A DNA stretch of 64,000 bases from Octopus bimaculoides (GCF_001194135.2 NC_068998.1:51220609-51284608); one strand, 5' to 3'; counted from the stretch's first letter, positions 1 to 14,181 are shown. Numbers and translations are program-made. The notes: generated by a model from the letters alone, not told the origin.

Positions 1-46
<46 letters not shown>

Positions 47-1148
47 ATGAGAATGTATGTCTGTGTGAATCCCTAAAAATCCAGAACTACACAACCAATT
101 TCATTCAAATTCTTTGTCTCTCTGTACAAATGCTTCTATTTCCTTAATTTATACTGCATACAAAAGTACAGAATACTATATACGGTACGTTATTAAACAC
201 ACACACATACACACGCATACACATGTACACATACATATACATACCTGACGACTTAATTTTTTTATTAACCACACAGGGTCGAAACACAGAGGGAACAACA
301 CAAGGACAGAAAAAACAAAGCAGTGGAGGAAAAATAAAATCGAACGAATGAATGGTAATGATAAATCAAAAGGTGGTATGACGTCTACTCGAACCCCACA
401 CTGCAGTTAACGTCATTGAACGTTTTTAGAAAAAAATTTTTTTTTTGTCACGTGTTATTTTATTTTTGTCTCTTTCTCATTGTTGTGTGTTGCTTGTTTT
501 ATATACTTTGTGGATGACTGACATTGCTGAAGTGTGAGTTGGCCACTGTCAATACAAAATTTTATAGTCATTTCTTTTAAAACAATACATATTTACGTAT
601 ACATTACCACCGGATAATAATTATCGTAGAAGTTGCAAGGTAAGACATAAAATTCGTTGTCTCTTTGTAATAATTATTGTGGCATTTACCGTTAAATTAG
701 CAGTTCCATACATGTGCTATCTCGTTCATTTGCTTATATTTCATAAATTTACACAGCATACAAAAATACGGACATAATATATATTTACAATTGCTTACAA
801 AAATAGAGATTAATGTATATTTTTTCCATGTTCATAATTTTTTGTTTACAATATTGAAAAAATATTCCACCAAAGAAAAGACGTGATCCCTCCAGAAACA
901 CATATAAAGCGAGCACAATTACAGAAAACAAAGGCGAGTGTCTCGACAGAGAAAGGAGACGAGACTTTCACAAGGTCAGCAGATGCATGCCGTAGCACGT
1001 CAGTCTCTAGAGAGAAGGGAGATGTGATTTTCCCAATATCATTTAAGGGATGCTGTAATACTTAATGCTGAATCATTAGAACAACGTTTAACACGCCATT
1101 TTAATCTTCAGCGACGCCGGGTGTCTCTGCTAATATATATATATCCGT

Positions 1149-1913
1149 ACTAGCAAAGATATTCGGCGCTGACCGGGGTTAAAACAGCATAGTCTTTTAT
1201 TGTTTTAACTGCTTCGGTCATGTGACTGCGGCCATACTGGAGCACCGATTTTAGCCGAAAAAATCTACCCCAGGATTTATTCTTTGTAAGCCTAGTACTT
1301 ACTCTATCGGTGTGTTTTTCCAAATGGCTAAGTTACGGGGACGTAAACAGCAATATCGTTTGTCAAGCGTTGGTGGGAGTACATACACACATATATAAAT
1401 ATATATACATGGCGACGAAGTGGTTATGGAAAAAACTTTTCGTCTCATACACTCATTGGCGCTGAATTTATCTACAAATCAAATTTGAAACGAATCGGAT
1501 GTTAAATGGAAAAGTTATTGAGCGAATGAAGTGTTGCAATCAAATCGAAAAATCGTTTTTATGCGGCTTTTTGTCCCCACCCCCTTACAACCTAAATAAA
1601 ATATTTCTCCTTAATAGTCATCCACGTTACATTTTCCACCTGTATCTCATATTTGAAGCGGATTAGTTGAGAAATGCAAAAGTTATTGCGAAAAAATATC
1701 TTTCTTATGGAAATTCCCATTCTAAACTATTAACTTTTTCAATTGACCGCTGATTTGTAGTTATCGATTTTTTTTTTTTCAACTTTTTGAGTATGCCATG
1801 AGGTTTCCAGAATGAGTTGAACTCACGCGTCAAGTTTCATCAAAATCGATAAAACGATGTAGGAGGAGTTGGCTAACAACTTCACAAGCAAACACACCCA
1901 CAGACAGAATTTC

Positions 1914-1920
<7 letters not shown>
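1149..1920 (-). mobile_element. Non-autonomous Helitron/Helentron-like element (Lep1/DINE-like architecture), interrupted by a SINE
   Basis: The plus strand starts ACTAG (CTAGT on minus) followed by a degenerate GC hairpin ttcggcgctgaccgggg (1162-1178). There are internal repeated motifs such as tttgaaacgaatcgg...aaagttatt, and the far end reads aagtttcatcaaaatcg...aggagtt...cacagacagaattt then (TA)n. This layout matches non-autonomous Helitrons as I recall them. Confidence 0.55.
1195..1400 (-). mobile_element. SINE family C, 3' half (nested in the Helitron-like element)
   Basis: Contains gactgcggccatactggagcacc and aagttacggggacgtaaac, shared with copies at 31790, 33268 and 44570. Confidence 0.8.
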
Positions 1921-1953
<33 letters not shown>

Positions 1954-2487
1954 ACAGGAAAAGTAAACCAACAGAAAACATGTCAGAAAAGAAAAACACA
2001 ATTCAGGACCGGGACATAGAGTAATCGGTCGGACTTCATCTGACTTTTGGTTTCGAATGTACGATCTGTTTCTTCAATGTCTATTATTTATTTTAAATCG
2101 TGTGTGTGTTTGTGTTTTGTGTGTTTTGTTTTTGATGAGAGAGAGGTGGGGAGTATGTATTTTTCGTGTTTATCTGTGTTGTAATAGATTAATCTCTATT
2201 CTTCATCCCTATTTCCTGATTACCGAGCCGTGATTGAACGAGGCTTATTGATGTTAGAATGATATAAAAAAAAATGTGGCGTTATATGATGCGTCTAAAA
2301 CAGAGAGAGTGCGTTTGTGTGCGTGTGTGCGTATGTATCTATACATATACATGAATACATATATTTGCTCACACAAGACCCGTATTAGTCTCATTCCTAT
2401 TATTATTGAACCGAGAGTCTAACTACGGTCCTTCTGTAGCGCTTACGTAGTCTTCCCTGCCATCTTGGGTTTTCTGGATACCAATAA

Positions 2488-2522
<35 letters not shown>

Positions 2523-3401
2523 TTATTTGAGACACAACACATACATGTATGTATGTATGTATGTATGTATGTACAAGCGTGTATGTAAGTATATACGCAT
2601 GCGCATGGAGCGTGTGTCTATATAGATACATGTAAATTATATATATAAGTGCATATATGTTTATACGAATGTGCTGATACATCAAGCTTATGGATACACA
2701 AACACAACTGCCGACAAACAGATGGAAAAAAAGAGAGACAGATAGACGAGCGGAACTGCAACAGCTGATGGAAGTCTAGATGGAAAATGATGTTAACTTT
2801 GTAAAACAATTTTAGAAATGAAATACATCCGAGAAATGTACATATTTATCTTGGGAGTTAAGTACGAAGTAGCCATATTTAATTCGAACTCCTACAAAAA
2901 GAAAATTAGAAAAGAAAAAAAAAAAAAGAAATACATCGTTTTAATTTCTTACGCAAATAAAATGAATTGTCTTACTCTATAACAGGTACAATTCACAAAG
3001 GTATGTGTGCGTATACGTGTTTATTTTGTGTGTGTGTGGGAGTATATGCGTATATATGTGTATGTAAATGTCTATGTAAATGTCTATGAACATATGTATA
3101 TATTTGTATATATGTATACATACGTGTGCGTGTGTATGTATTTATGTATCAAAGAAGACGTGTGTTTGGGCGTGGGTGTGCATATGTATGTGTAACTCTC
3201 TGTAGATATACATGTATATGTGTGTGCATAGATATAATATCTATAGATACATACATACTCGTGATGTGCATATATCGCAAAATATACGTAGATCTATAAA
3301 GAAATAAAGCACATACACCACATACGACTCATGGACACATGACACACGTCACGAGAACGACAATATATATATACACACACACATACACACACATAAATAT
3401 A

Positions 3402-3442
<41 letters not shown>

Positions 3443-4306
3443 ATAGAAACAGATATTTTGTCCTGTGTTGTATTCGCCCTTTTCTTTGCTACGATTTATT
3501 TACTTGTTCAGTCTAAGACTTATTTATATATCAAAAGGAAACATCTAAAACTGAACATCTATCGGCTTTTAATTTCCGGTAGAGATATATTCTCTTTCGC
3601 TAGAACGAAAAAAAAATGTTGCAATCATTCTCTTTTATTGATTCCGAATTAAATCGAACCTAAAAAGTTGCTCCACTTAGAAGGAAAATTAAGTAACTGT
3701 AAAAAAAAAAAGACATATTAAAAAAAATGGAAGTATTCTAGATTATTTTATTTTTATTTGCTTATCAGAGAGAATATATATGGAATTTATTCAGTCTAAC
3801 AGAAGAATTTCTTTGGTTGGATAAACTATCATTTGTACTGTTAATCTAGCGAATATCAGGAGTATAGATTTTAGATACGAAGACTACTATTATTACTTGT
3901 TGTTATGATGATGATGATGATGACGACGTAGTTGTTGCTGTTGTTGTTGCAGCTGCTGCAAAAGTGCTCGAGTATATTTGAGTGGTTTAGACTTTCACTT
4001 CATTAGTGCCCGGTTTCGGGTTTCATCCAGCTAAACGGCTCCTTGGTCAAATGTCTTCTCGCATAGCCTTGAAAAGGGCTAAAACATCATCTGTGAAATT
4101 CAATAACTTTAATCCTGTTCAATTAGCACTCGGCCCATTAAACGCATTTTGCCTAAGACCACTTTTAATCATACTATCACCCAGTCGGGTTCGTCCCTCG
4201 TCGTGTCAGTCTCAGAGCCATACCCAGCACCACACAAACACACGCACCTACTTATAAAAGGGTCATGTATGCTGTCATTATTTTTTAAATCATTGTAGTC
4301 TCTTTT

Positions 4307-4697
4307 GTGGAGGCGCAATGGCCCAATGGCTAGGGCAACGGACTCGCGGTCATAGGATCGCGGTTTCGATTCCCAGACCGGGCGTTGTGAGTGTTTATTG
4401 AGCGAAAACACCTAGAAGCTCCACAAGGCTCCGGCAGGCGATGGTGGTGAACCCTGCTGTGCTCTTTCACCACAACTTTCTTTCACTCTTACTTCCTATT
4501 TCTGTTGTGTCTGTAATTCAAAGGGTCAGCCTTGTCACACTGTGTCACGCTGAATATCCCCGAGAACTACGTTAAGGGTACACGTGTCCGTGGAGTGCTC
4601 AGCCACTGCACGTTAATTTGACGGGCAAGCTGTTCCGTTGATCGGATCAACTGGAACCCTCAACGTCCTAAGCGACGGAATGCCAGCAACAACAACA
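4307..4697 (+). mobile_element. tRNA-derived SINE family A, full length
   Basis: tRNA-like head with A box (tggcccaatggctagg) and B box (ggtttcgattcc), about 390 bp long with a (CAA)n tail. It is the reverse complement of 21491-21861. Confidence 0.9.
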
Positions 4698-5293
4698 AGT
4701 GTCTCTTAGTCCGATGAAGACGGTTTCGCAATTTATTGTTGAACAATCTAAACACATTGATTTGTTTATGGTGATCAAATCTTTCTGCTGTACCTGAGAT
4801 CACTCACTGCATTCGATCGACGTTGTCTGTCCAGCTTAATTGTGTGCAACATTTCAGATGTTGAAGTGATTCAAGTACAACGTAGGATAAAACGCTTCGC
4901 CCCAGAAAACAATGTAACTTCGGGTGCTGGAATTGAAACCACGGTCTCGCGACGTTGAGTGTAAATTTTAGTTAATGTGAACAACGTAGCAAACAAGATT
5001 AAAACCGTGTTACACCTATACGGAGCATAGCATTCTTCATACAGTGAGTAAAATGGAGGCACTTGCTGTATCTGTTTGAAATAGCAGACAAATAGGCCTC
5101 GAAGCAAATACTACCCACTTAAAAAGGGAAGGACAAGCATATGCGCCCAGGAGACATTCATATTCTTTTTCCTGTGCAGGTCTTCGAGCACCATTCACAC
5201 TGCAAAATCCACATTATGATAACATAATAACATCTCATTCACATCTGTCAGTTTGATGGACGAGAAAATTAGTCTACAATACATAAATGTAAT

Positions 5294-5339
<46 letters not shown>

Positions 5340-6187
5340 GCGTATATATATATGTGTGTGTGTGTGTGCATGTATATATATATATATATATACACATATA
5401 TAATATGTATGCATGTACACATATATATATGTATACAATTCTTTATGACTCTACATATCATGTCCATGCGCATACACACACACACACATACACGCACGCA
5501 CACTCATTGTGAAAGAAAGAAAAACAGTGTGAGATACATGTACACTTTCATCGAATGACATATTCCTATGAAATAAATCCTTTTCTGCAAGCAAGATTTT
5601 CATAAATTTATGGATTAAATCTAGAGAACTCAACCACATATAATAATGATATATAATCGATATAAATTCATTGACCTGGTGACACCATCTTTAAAAATTG
5701 AAGACAGAGAAAGCTAAAATTCTTCAAATATTAATTATAGTTTGACGTGTAATTTACTTCTTAAGCCAAATAAATGATTTATAATAATCACGGTCTTGCT
5801 ATAATCTTCTTAAACTGCCATTTAGCAGAATTTCTCATATATATATACATATATATATTCCAGCGAGTATTTAGATGCTCTTAATCAACAATTTTCTCAA
5901 TTTAGCAACCATTTTAATATCGATTGAATTCTATTTACATTTTATTTCTCTTACGTTGCAAATTTCTTAATCAGTAAGCCATCCTACTCTCTGTCACATA
6001 CATAAAAACTAGCGGATCTTTTTTAAAACGGGGGCCACATTTTTCATTAATGTTTTACGTAGTGTTTTTGGTACCGAAAGACTTTCAAACTTCGTATACT
6101 TATCTATTTTGTGTTATAGAACAGAAAAATATTTTTGGATTCGAATTTATTTCATGTAAAAAATTGTCTTATTTCGATAATTTCAAC

Positions 6188-6392
6188 CAATCACTGACGT
6201 CCATTCAGCCGATATACATTAAGTGCCGACTACATAAACAAACGATTCTTCGTTTTATTTGCTTTTTTCATTTTAAATTTGCTTTAACCCTAACCATAGG
6301 GTTAGGGTTAGAGTTAGGGTTAATTATTTCAGAATCGTTTGTTTATGTAGTCGGCACTTAATGTATATCGGCTGAATGGACGTCAGTCATTG
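6188..6392. mobile_element. Foldback/inverted-repeat element with central telomeric-type repeats (right arm runs into an assembly gap)
   Basis: Arms 6188-6249 and 6331-6392 are 62-bp reverse complements with one mismatch. The loop contains taaccctaacc-atag-ggttagggtta. Confidence 0.8.
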
Positions 6393-6697
6393 NNNNNNNN
6401 NNNNNNNNNNNNNNNNNNNNNNNNNNNNNNNNNNNNNNNNNNNNNNNNNNNNNNNNNNNNNNNNNNNNNNNNNNNNNNNNNNNNNNNNNNNNNNNNNNNN
6501 NNNNNNNNNNNNNNNNNNNNNNNNNNNNNNNNNNNNNNNNNNNNNNNNNNNNNNNNNNNNNNNNNNNNNNNNNNNNNNNNNNNNNNNNNNNNNNNNNNNN
6601 NNNNNNNNNNNNNNNNNNNNNNNNNNNNNNNNNNNNNNNNNNNNNNNNNNNNNNNNNNNNNNNNNNNNNNNNNNNNNNNNNNNNNNNNNNNNNNNNN
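6393..6697. other. Assembly gap (N run)
   Basis: Run of N. Other gaps lie at 8044-8113, 17112-17223, 23601-23690, 29301-30138, 33927-33936, 45757-45890, 46266-46364, 48003-48714 and 49752-49761. Confidence 1.
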
Positions 6698-7250
6698 ATA
6701 TATATATGCATACACGTATAGGTGAAACATTGGTAGGCAGATTCCGCGTCGTAGTAAATATAAAATATAAATTAAAGTGTAAAAGCGCAGAAATCTTTTT
6801 CGTAGATAAAGATGATTTAATCCATTACAATATGTACAGAAACTGATAGAAGAAGGACCAGACGTCTTGAATATATGTCGCCTGCTCGATTTCCTCTTTG
6901 TTCAACTAAAACACCTGAAAGCAGTCCTCAAGCGTATCTACAATGCAATGACTTAAGTAAGGAAACGAAAATATCCGCCTACACAGGCACAGAAACGCGC
7001 GTGCACGCATACATATACGTACGTAATTATTTATGTAGACATGCACGTCTGTGGTTTAATGATCACCCGCGGAAAACTATGCACCAGCTGCATAGGTAGA
7101 CAGGCGCGCATACACATATTTTCTTTGTTTCTCAAACAACGCAGGTGGATAGCACCAGCTGCGAATACATGCGTATTTGTGTATAAACGGATGTGTGCGC
7201 CTATGCGTATATATATGTGCCTCTCTCTTTCTCTCTCTCTCTCTCTATAT

Positions 7251-7312
<62 letters not shown>

Positions 7313-8006
7313 GCACACACACATTCAGATTATGAGTGGGCGTTAGAATTTATGATGATGTAAGCGTATATACCCTGTCTAGGTATGAAAGTAAATATTA
7401 AGTTCAGCCAGATCAATATTTCAAATGTGTGGCGAGGTTTGAAGTCCACCACGAGATCAGATAGGTTCAGATTTGCAGTTACCTTGACTACAATTTTATA
7501 TCGATCGGAGTGAAACTATAAAAAGTAATGGCAACACAAGAACCTCGCTATAAATAAATTTTCAGGGGTTCAGACAACTCAGTCCGGTAATAGGTTGCCA
7601 ATTTCCATCCTCTAAGATCTAGTTTAACTATCGGTTATTTTCTATTTCACACTAAACTTGACGTCAATGTTATCTTAATTTCAGTTTCGCACAGTTTTTT
7701 TTCTTTTTATTTCTCAGCGATTTTATATTTCATACGAGACAGCTCCATGTTTACTTAAAACTAATATAAATACATATTTTTTCTTCCGTGTTTTAGATGT
7801 ATATAAATGTATGTATGTATTCACACACGCACACGCAAGCATACACACATACACATATATTTAGAGAGAAATAGACAGATAGATAGATAGATATAATATA
7901 GATAGTTAAACACAGATATAGACACACAGACACACTCACACATGCACACACCCATACACATATTCAAACGATTGGGCTCCAAATAATAGATATACAAATA
8001 CACGTC

Positions 8007-8043
<37 letters not shown>

Positions 8044-8212
8044 NNNNNNNNNNNNNNNNNNNNNNNNNNNNNNNNNNNNNNNNNNNNNNNNNNNNNNNNN
8101 NNNNNNNNNNNNNAGGGATAATTTCGAAAGGAAATGAAAAATGGACCACTGGTGGTAAATAAAATTTCAAAAATTCTTTTTGCTACCCTATTATATATAT
8201 ATATATATATAT

Positions 8213-8244
<32 letters not shown>

Positions 8245-9905
8245 GCATAGAGATATTTGCATTTACAAAATAAATTTAAATGATGTACAAAAAGTAGAGA
8301 GAGCGAAAGGGAGAATTCATGGTGTTTTATGTCCGACAGCTGTGTTTGAGAGCTCAGAATTACGTAATAGCTGTAATGATCGTAATTAGCAGTTGGAGTG
8401 TCAAGGATGCACAAAAAAAAAAAAAAAAAAATTCAAGGGTACGCAACTAGGGAATTCCATGGTTCTTCGCATAATTATGTTAACTATTCCCCAAAAGATA
8501 TTTGCAAATATTTCGGTTTCCACTTCTGAAATTATTTAATTCTTGATCTATAAAGAGATATTTTATGAAATTAAGATCTTTCAAAGCACCTGTTGTGAAA
8601 ATTGTCACTAGAAGTTGTCTCCGCTTCTCGCAGCATATGTCAATATTTTGGGTTGTTTTTGTCTTCAAAACTGCGGGGTAAAACTCTTTCAGCAATTAAC
8701 AGTAATAAATTTTTGAATAGATGAAGCCGATCTATTTTGATATATTGGTTTATATCAACACTAAAAATTCTTTGAGACTCACTCTATGTACCACTGACCA
8801 ATTGTGGTGCTTATAAGAAGCAAGTCAAAGTGTAATGTTTTATTGCCATACAAGCAGAATCTAGGCAAAACGTTTATCTTTCATCAGATAAAGCTGCATC
8901 AAAATATCATTATCGAAGCAAAATAATTTTATCAAAATATCATTATGACAGTAAGTAGCTCCATTGCGACAAACAACAAAAGATATCATAAACAGAATTG
9001 TGTTAATTATTTCCAAAAAGAAAAAGAACAAAATATTTAAATTAATCAAACGCTTAGAATATAATGAGTATAAATTCTATGGGGGATTGTTCTATTTTAT
9101 TGTTTTCTAAATATCTCATTTTTTCGTTTGTTTGTTTACTTTGTTTAGTTTTTTTTTCTTTTCCTTTATGAACTTCTCATTTAAAATATTTTTGTTGTAT
9201 ACTATACAAAACCGCAAAAACAATTAAGCTTACACTAAACATGTTACTCCTTATTTACTGGTATATTTAATATTTTTCTGTGAAGCCTTCATAGATTTTT
9301 CGCCATGATATTGAAGTTTTGTCGTTCCTTGTTTTGCGTGTGATTGTTTTTTTTTTTTTTCCTTTCAACAGAAGATCGAGGAATTAATTTGCAGGATTTT
9401 AATAACATATTCATTATATTCTTTTAATTACAATAACATCCAAGTTGTATACAATAAATTTATGATTTTTGTAAGGAAAATCGATATTCACAGAGATAAC
9501 AATCGAAGCCATAGAAAGTTTTTTCGACAAAGCTGTACGTGGGTTGTTGATCAGGGGAAAGAAAGCAGAAGGTCAAAGTGAGTGTGTGGTAGGCGGACGT
9601 TTTTGCTATTCACGTAAAAATTAGAGGATACAAAGCGGTAATCTAACTTTGTCGAAAACATGAATACCAACATTAATTAACAAAACATCATTTTCACCTC
9701 AGGTTGTATTCTTTTGTAATTGTTTTAATCATTGGATTGCGATCATTCTGGGATACTGCAAGGAACGGGATGTCAAGTACTAAATCTACAGGTTTCTTTT
9801 GTCACATCACTAAGTTACGGGTGGGAACCAAAACAACACTGGTTGACAAGAAATGTAGGAGATAAAACAATGATAGGAAGACGCACACAAATTTAAATAT
9901 CCGCG

Positions 9906-9969
<64 letters not shown>

Positions 9970-10779
9970 ATAACGAAGGCGGATATACGTAATGTAAGAC
10001 CGAAAAGAAAAATTTCAATTATCACTAATTCTGACCGACAGTGCAGGATACCACCTACATTGTAAAAAATGAGAGCTAAAAGCCCTTATACCTGCAGGAA
10101 ACACATGTTTATGTGCTGACTGGGGATATAAACGCCCCACAATGAGCGAGATCACCATAGTAGTCTAGTTTCGCTTAGAATTAAAGCTTAGCAGCGGTGA
10201 CTACTCCGTAGCTGAATGGTTTGGCTAAATCCCGACTGTCAGTATATAGTATTTACCATATGAACCAGTGGCTGATTCAGCGAAATGGTAATGTGAAAAT
10301 TATAAATCAACGAATGTAACTAAATGCAATATAAAAGGAAAAAATTCACGAAACGTACGTAAATAAATGAGAATTGGGTGAAGCTTTATGAGATGATCTG
10401 TAGAAGTAACATATCAAAGGCGTTGGAAATCCAATACAAGTAGGTTGAGAGAGATTGTAAGTAAGCCACTATTTCAGACATATAAAGACTGAGCAGTGAA
10501 ATCGAACACGGATCGAGATAATGTGTTGAATACGTTTTTTTAAAAAAATCAACAGAATCTCCGATAATTAGCCGTCATTCACGAATTCAGATGGATTCGT
10601 AATATGTATCAGGTTTTCGGATATTGTTTTTGGTGCTTATGTAATCGCGGGCAGACACATACACCCTCTCGACTTTCCCATGCTTTGTTCCAGCAACACA
10701 TTCAGGATGTAAGATCTTGAGAAAGGGAGAGCGAGATGGGAGATGAAGAGAGAGAGAGAGAGAGAGAGAGAGAGCTGTA

Positions 10780-10925
10780 TCAGTAGTTGAGTGGTATTTA
10801 TTCTTAGCTGAGTAAACGGAAGGAACGTGAAAATTTTGTCAAGCTCAAGAACGCAATGTGACGCCAGATCCAGAAATAGAAAGACTTTATGATCTGGAAT
10901 CGAACACATTTACTACCATTAACTA
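10780..10925 (-). mobile_element. tRNA-derived SINE family D, degenerate
   Basis: The minus strand reads cattgcgttcttgagcttgacaaaattttcacgttcc...actcagct, homologous to the copies at 38125, 51497 and 52362. Confidence 0.6.
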
Positions 10926-11411
10926 CTAAGCTACACCACTTTACACGGTATGTAATGAAGATTGTGTTTACGGTAACTCCTTAAGATAGTGAAGTGTCGT
11001 CACTGATCAGTAATCAGAGAAAGATATAACATATTATGTACCCCGCACGACGTTAAACACCACTGCTGTTGTTGGAAATGTCCGTTGGAGAAAATTACAT
11101 TCTTAGTTTTAAACCAAACATATTATGAAGACAACCAAATCCCTTTAAAATCGCTGTTCTTTTACGGGGAATGCAGACATATTTGCTTGGGCAAACACTT
11201 AAAGGTTCTTTACCAAAAGTCTATCGCCGTAACGTACCAAATATTTTTATATTAAACTTGAAGATTGTTTGTATATTGTAAGAGACATGTTGACTTATGT
11301 CTTATGTTGGTTGAAGACGAAGTCATGTTAAGAAAATGAATGCTGCGACATCAACTAACTTGACACTATAGAAGAGTAGAGAATACACACATACAAAATT
11401 ACATACATACG

Positions 11412-11462
<51 letters not shown>

Positions 11463-12164
11463 TCATACATATTGGAGCGAGCACTTTGACGTATACATAC
11501 ATACGTATAAACATAAAGACCTAATGCATACATACAAGAGCTTGTTTACATAACATATAAACGGACAGTGCAAATCTTTTGAGCAAATATTTAAAGATAA
11601 ATTCGTTCGTTTTAAAAGTTCTCCTCAGCCATTATTTGCTTGAGTATTAACATAACAAGAACCGATGACATAAATTAGTTGAGAGTCAATAGAATTCCCG
11701 TCCATTCTTGTAATGTTTACGCAGTTATTCTATAAAACCAATTATTTCCGAAAATGTTTAATATTTCGTATTATCTGTTAGGAACAATGACAAAAAATAT
11801 TGATATCACTAACAAATCGATTCTCAAAATAATAAAGCAATATTTCTGAATTTTTTTTTGTCTGTAGTTTTGCTTGTTGTAATTCTTGATGTGGTGACGG
11901 CTGTTATTTTTTGTTTTCTGTTGTTGTGGCACTTTGTTTTGTTTTTTTACTTGGGTTGTTTTTGTTGCTTATATTGTTGGTACTGCTGTAGTTGATTTTT
12001 CTGTCGTCGATCTTCTTGCTGACGTGTCTTCTGTCATTTCATGCATATTATCTTGTCTTTTTGTTGCTGATGTTCAGATGGGATTTGTATTCTTACTGCT
12101 AAGGTCTCAGCGCAAATATCGCAAGCCTTTTTGTTCAACTTGCTAACATTTCCTCCCATCCACT

Positions 12165-12289
12165 GTCCACTACTACTACTACTACCATCACTACCATTAC
12201 TACTACTACTACAACTAGTACTACTGCAAGTGCTACCATTACTACTACGACAGCTACTACTACTACTTGTACTACTATTACTACTACAG

Positions 12290-12337
<48 letters not shown>

Positions 12338-12345
12338 TCAGTATT
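12165..12345. repeat. Degenerate (TAC)n trinucleotide repeat
   Basis: Direct inspection. It produces the poly-S/L/V/Y ORFs in the track. Confidence 0.95.
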
Positions 12346-13789
12346 ATGATTACTATCATATGCATATTTCAAGCTTCGTTGTTATCAAGGTATTTTCATT
12401 ACATTATCATGTTTGTCATTTTACGATTCTCCAAATCTCTAACCACACACTCTCTACCCCTCATCCTTCTCCCTCATCTCTGTCTCTTTCACTCTTCTTC
12501 TATATTTATCTCCCCCCCCTATCTCTCTATATATATCTCCTTAGAAAGAAAGCAACCGAACAAATATCGGTATGCATTAGATACTCCACATGTCTCCGTT
12601 TATATATATTTCCTAGTTCTTATGTTTCTCTATTCCCTTGTGACTATCTCGTTCTTTTTATTCTTTTCTTTTTATTTTTATCTTTATTCCACTCGTTCTT
12701 TCCCTCATTTTTTTTTTGTATGTTTTACAAATAATTACCAACAGTAATGATACGAGCCATCGAAAAACGCTATACGAGGCCGCTCGACTTGCTATAAATA
12801 GCTGCTTCATCTCTCTCAGATCATATCCTGCCATCCCAAAACATTCCGCATTTGATGATATAAAAAAAAAAACGTATGGGCGTATTAGATGCACCACGAT
12901 TTCAGCGAACTCGTGAAGGTAGTGCAGTCTGGTTGCAGTCCAATGACAGAAAGAAGCTAAAAGAACAAAAAGGATATATATATCTCAATATATATCATAA
13001 CCTCGTTTTGTACGCTAGTTAAAGAGAGAACCCGAACATTTCAAAGTGGCGGCGGTAAGAGGAACATTTCAATTAATTGGGAATTTTGGGCGTACGTCGT
13101 TCAGTAGATCACCTCTTGCTTCATTTATGCCATTTATATCAGTGTTTCTTTTACGTACAACAGAAAACCTGGGTGCAACATCAAATGCTTATCTGCATAT
13201 GTAAACTGATTTTGACGTGTTCCTGTTTTGACATAGCCAAACGCTTAGCAGCGATGTTGCATAATTAAAGATATAAATAAAGTATAAAGCAAAGGCAACA
13301 AGAAAGTAAAAAGCACACCTACATTATTGAATCATACTTAATAAAAATGATCTTGAGCAGCTGGCGCATTCCTCGTTGCTTTCGTGGCTCTACAAATATA
13401 AACAATACTATTTCTGAAGATAACCAACGAACAAAGGCACCTAACAGCCAGCAACCATCTAACAATGGAACGTGGGAGTTGAATTGAATTCCTTTGCTGC
13501 TACTTCTAAAACTTATGAGTTTCTTTCATCAAATACGAATTTATTTGGAAGCCAATTTAAGATCCTCGGTAGAAGTATATACTTCTTTTCTCAATAAATC
13601 CACCGGGAGTATATTTGTGACATTCGAGTCATTGACATTAAAACTGTGATGACGAAGATGGGAGTTCCAACTTTGTCATCAACAGCGGAAATAACAGAAT
13701 GAAATTAGCCACGCAATATAACAATATTTTTGTCTAATTTAAAGTGATACAACGAACAGCTGTTAAACATGACACGGATGACGTTTTAC

Positions 13790-14030
13790 TGAGATATCAT
13801 TACTACTACTACTACTACTTGCTCTGATGCACTACTAGTAGTGGCTCTCATGGCTTCTGATCTTAACTGATTGCAAGGGTGATTATGTACATTGGTACAA
13901 AAGATGGGCTGCAGCAAATATTCTTGCTCAATGCCACAGACTTGCTTGTCAGTTGAGCATGTCCCTAACCAGTTGAGCATGTCCCTTGGTGGCTGACGTT
14001 ATGTGCATCTCTGATCACAGGCAGAAGACG
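13790..14030. mobile_element. Fragment of an interspersed repeat (family G, probably retroelement-derived)
   Basis: Its end atctctgatcacaggcag overlaps the start of the 57815 fragment (atctctgatcgcaaacag). It carries an internal tandem duplication of cagttgagcatgtccct. The family identity is from recollection of octopus repeats. Confidence 0.45.
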
Positions 14031-14125
14031 TGGAGGATTTTGAATAATCCACCGCTAGAAACATGTACGTTTTGTTCAACTCGAAGTATACATGTGTGTG
14101 TGTGTGCGCGCGCACACACACACGC

Positions 14126-14181
<56 letters not shown>

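Noticed and set aside
4040-4130. Minus-strand LLNFTDDVLALF, resembling an RT FADD motif
   Set aside because: A single short motif bounded by stops is too weak to call.
4307-4385. tRNA-like sequence (also at other SINE heads)
   Set aside because: It continues into a SINE body and lacks a complete cloverleaf acceptor stem, so it is not a tRNA gene.
6845-6962. Protein-like frames (LIEEGPDVLNICRLLDFLFVQLKHLK; MSPARFPLC) ending at AA|GTAAGG
   Set aside because: There is no convincing acceptor in an open frame and no recognisable homology.
9521-9658. 12-bp inverted repeat ttttcgacaaag / ctttgtcgaaaa
   Set aside because: Short and AT-rich, with no TSD and no second copy; compatible with chance.
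13348-13660. Short protein-like frames on both strands
   Set aside because: Under 50 codons, bounded by stops, with no splice signals or homology.
14096-14123. 28-bp palindrome (TG)n(CG)3(CA)n
   Set aside because: A trivial consequence of adjacent dinucleotide repeats.
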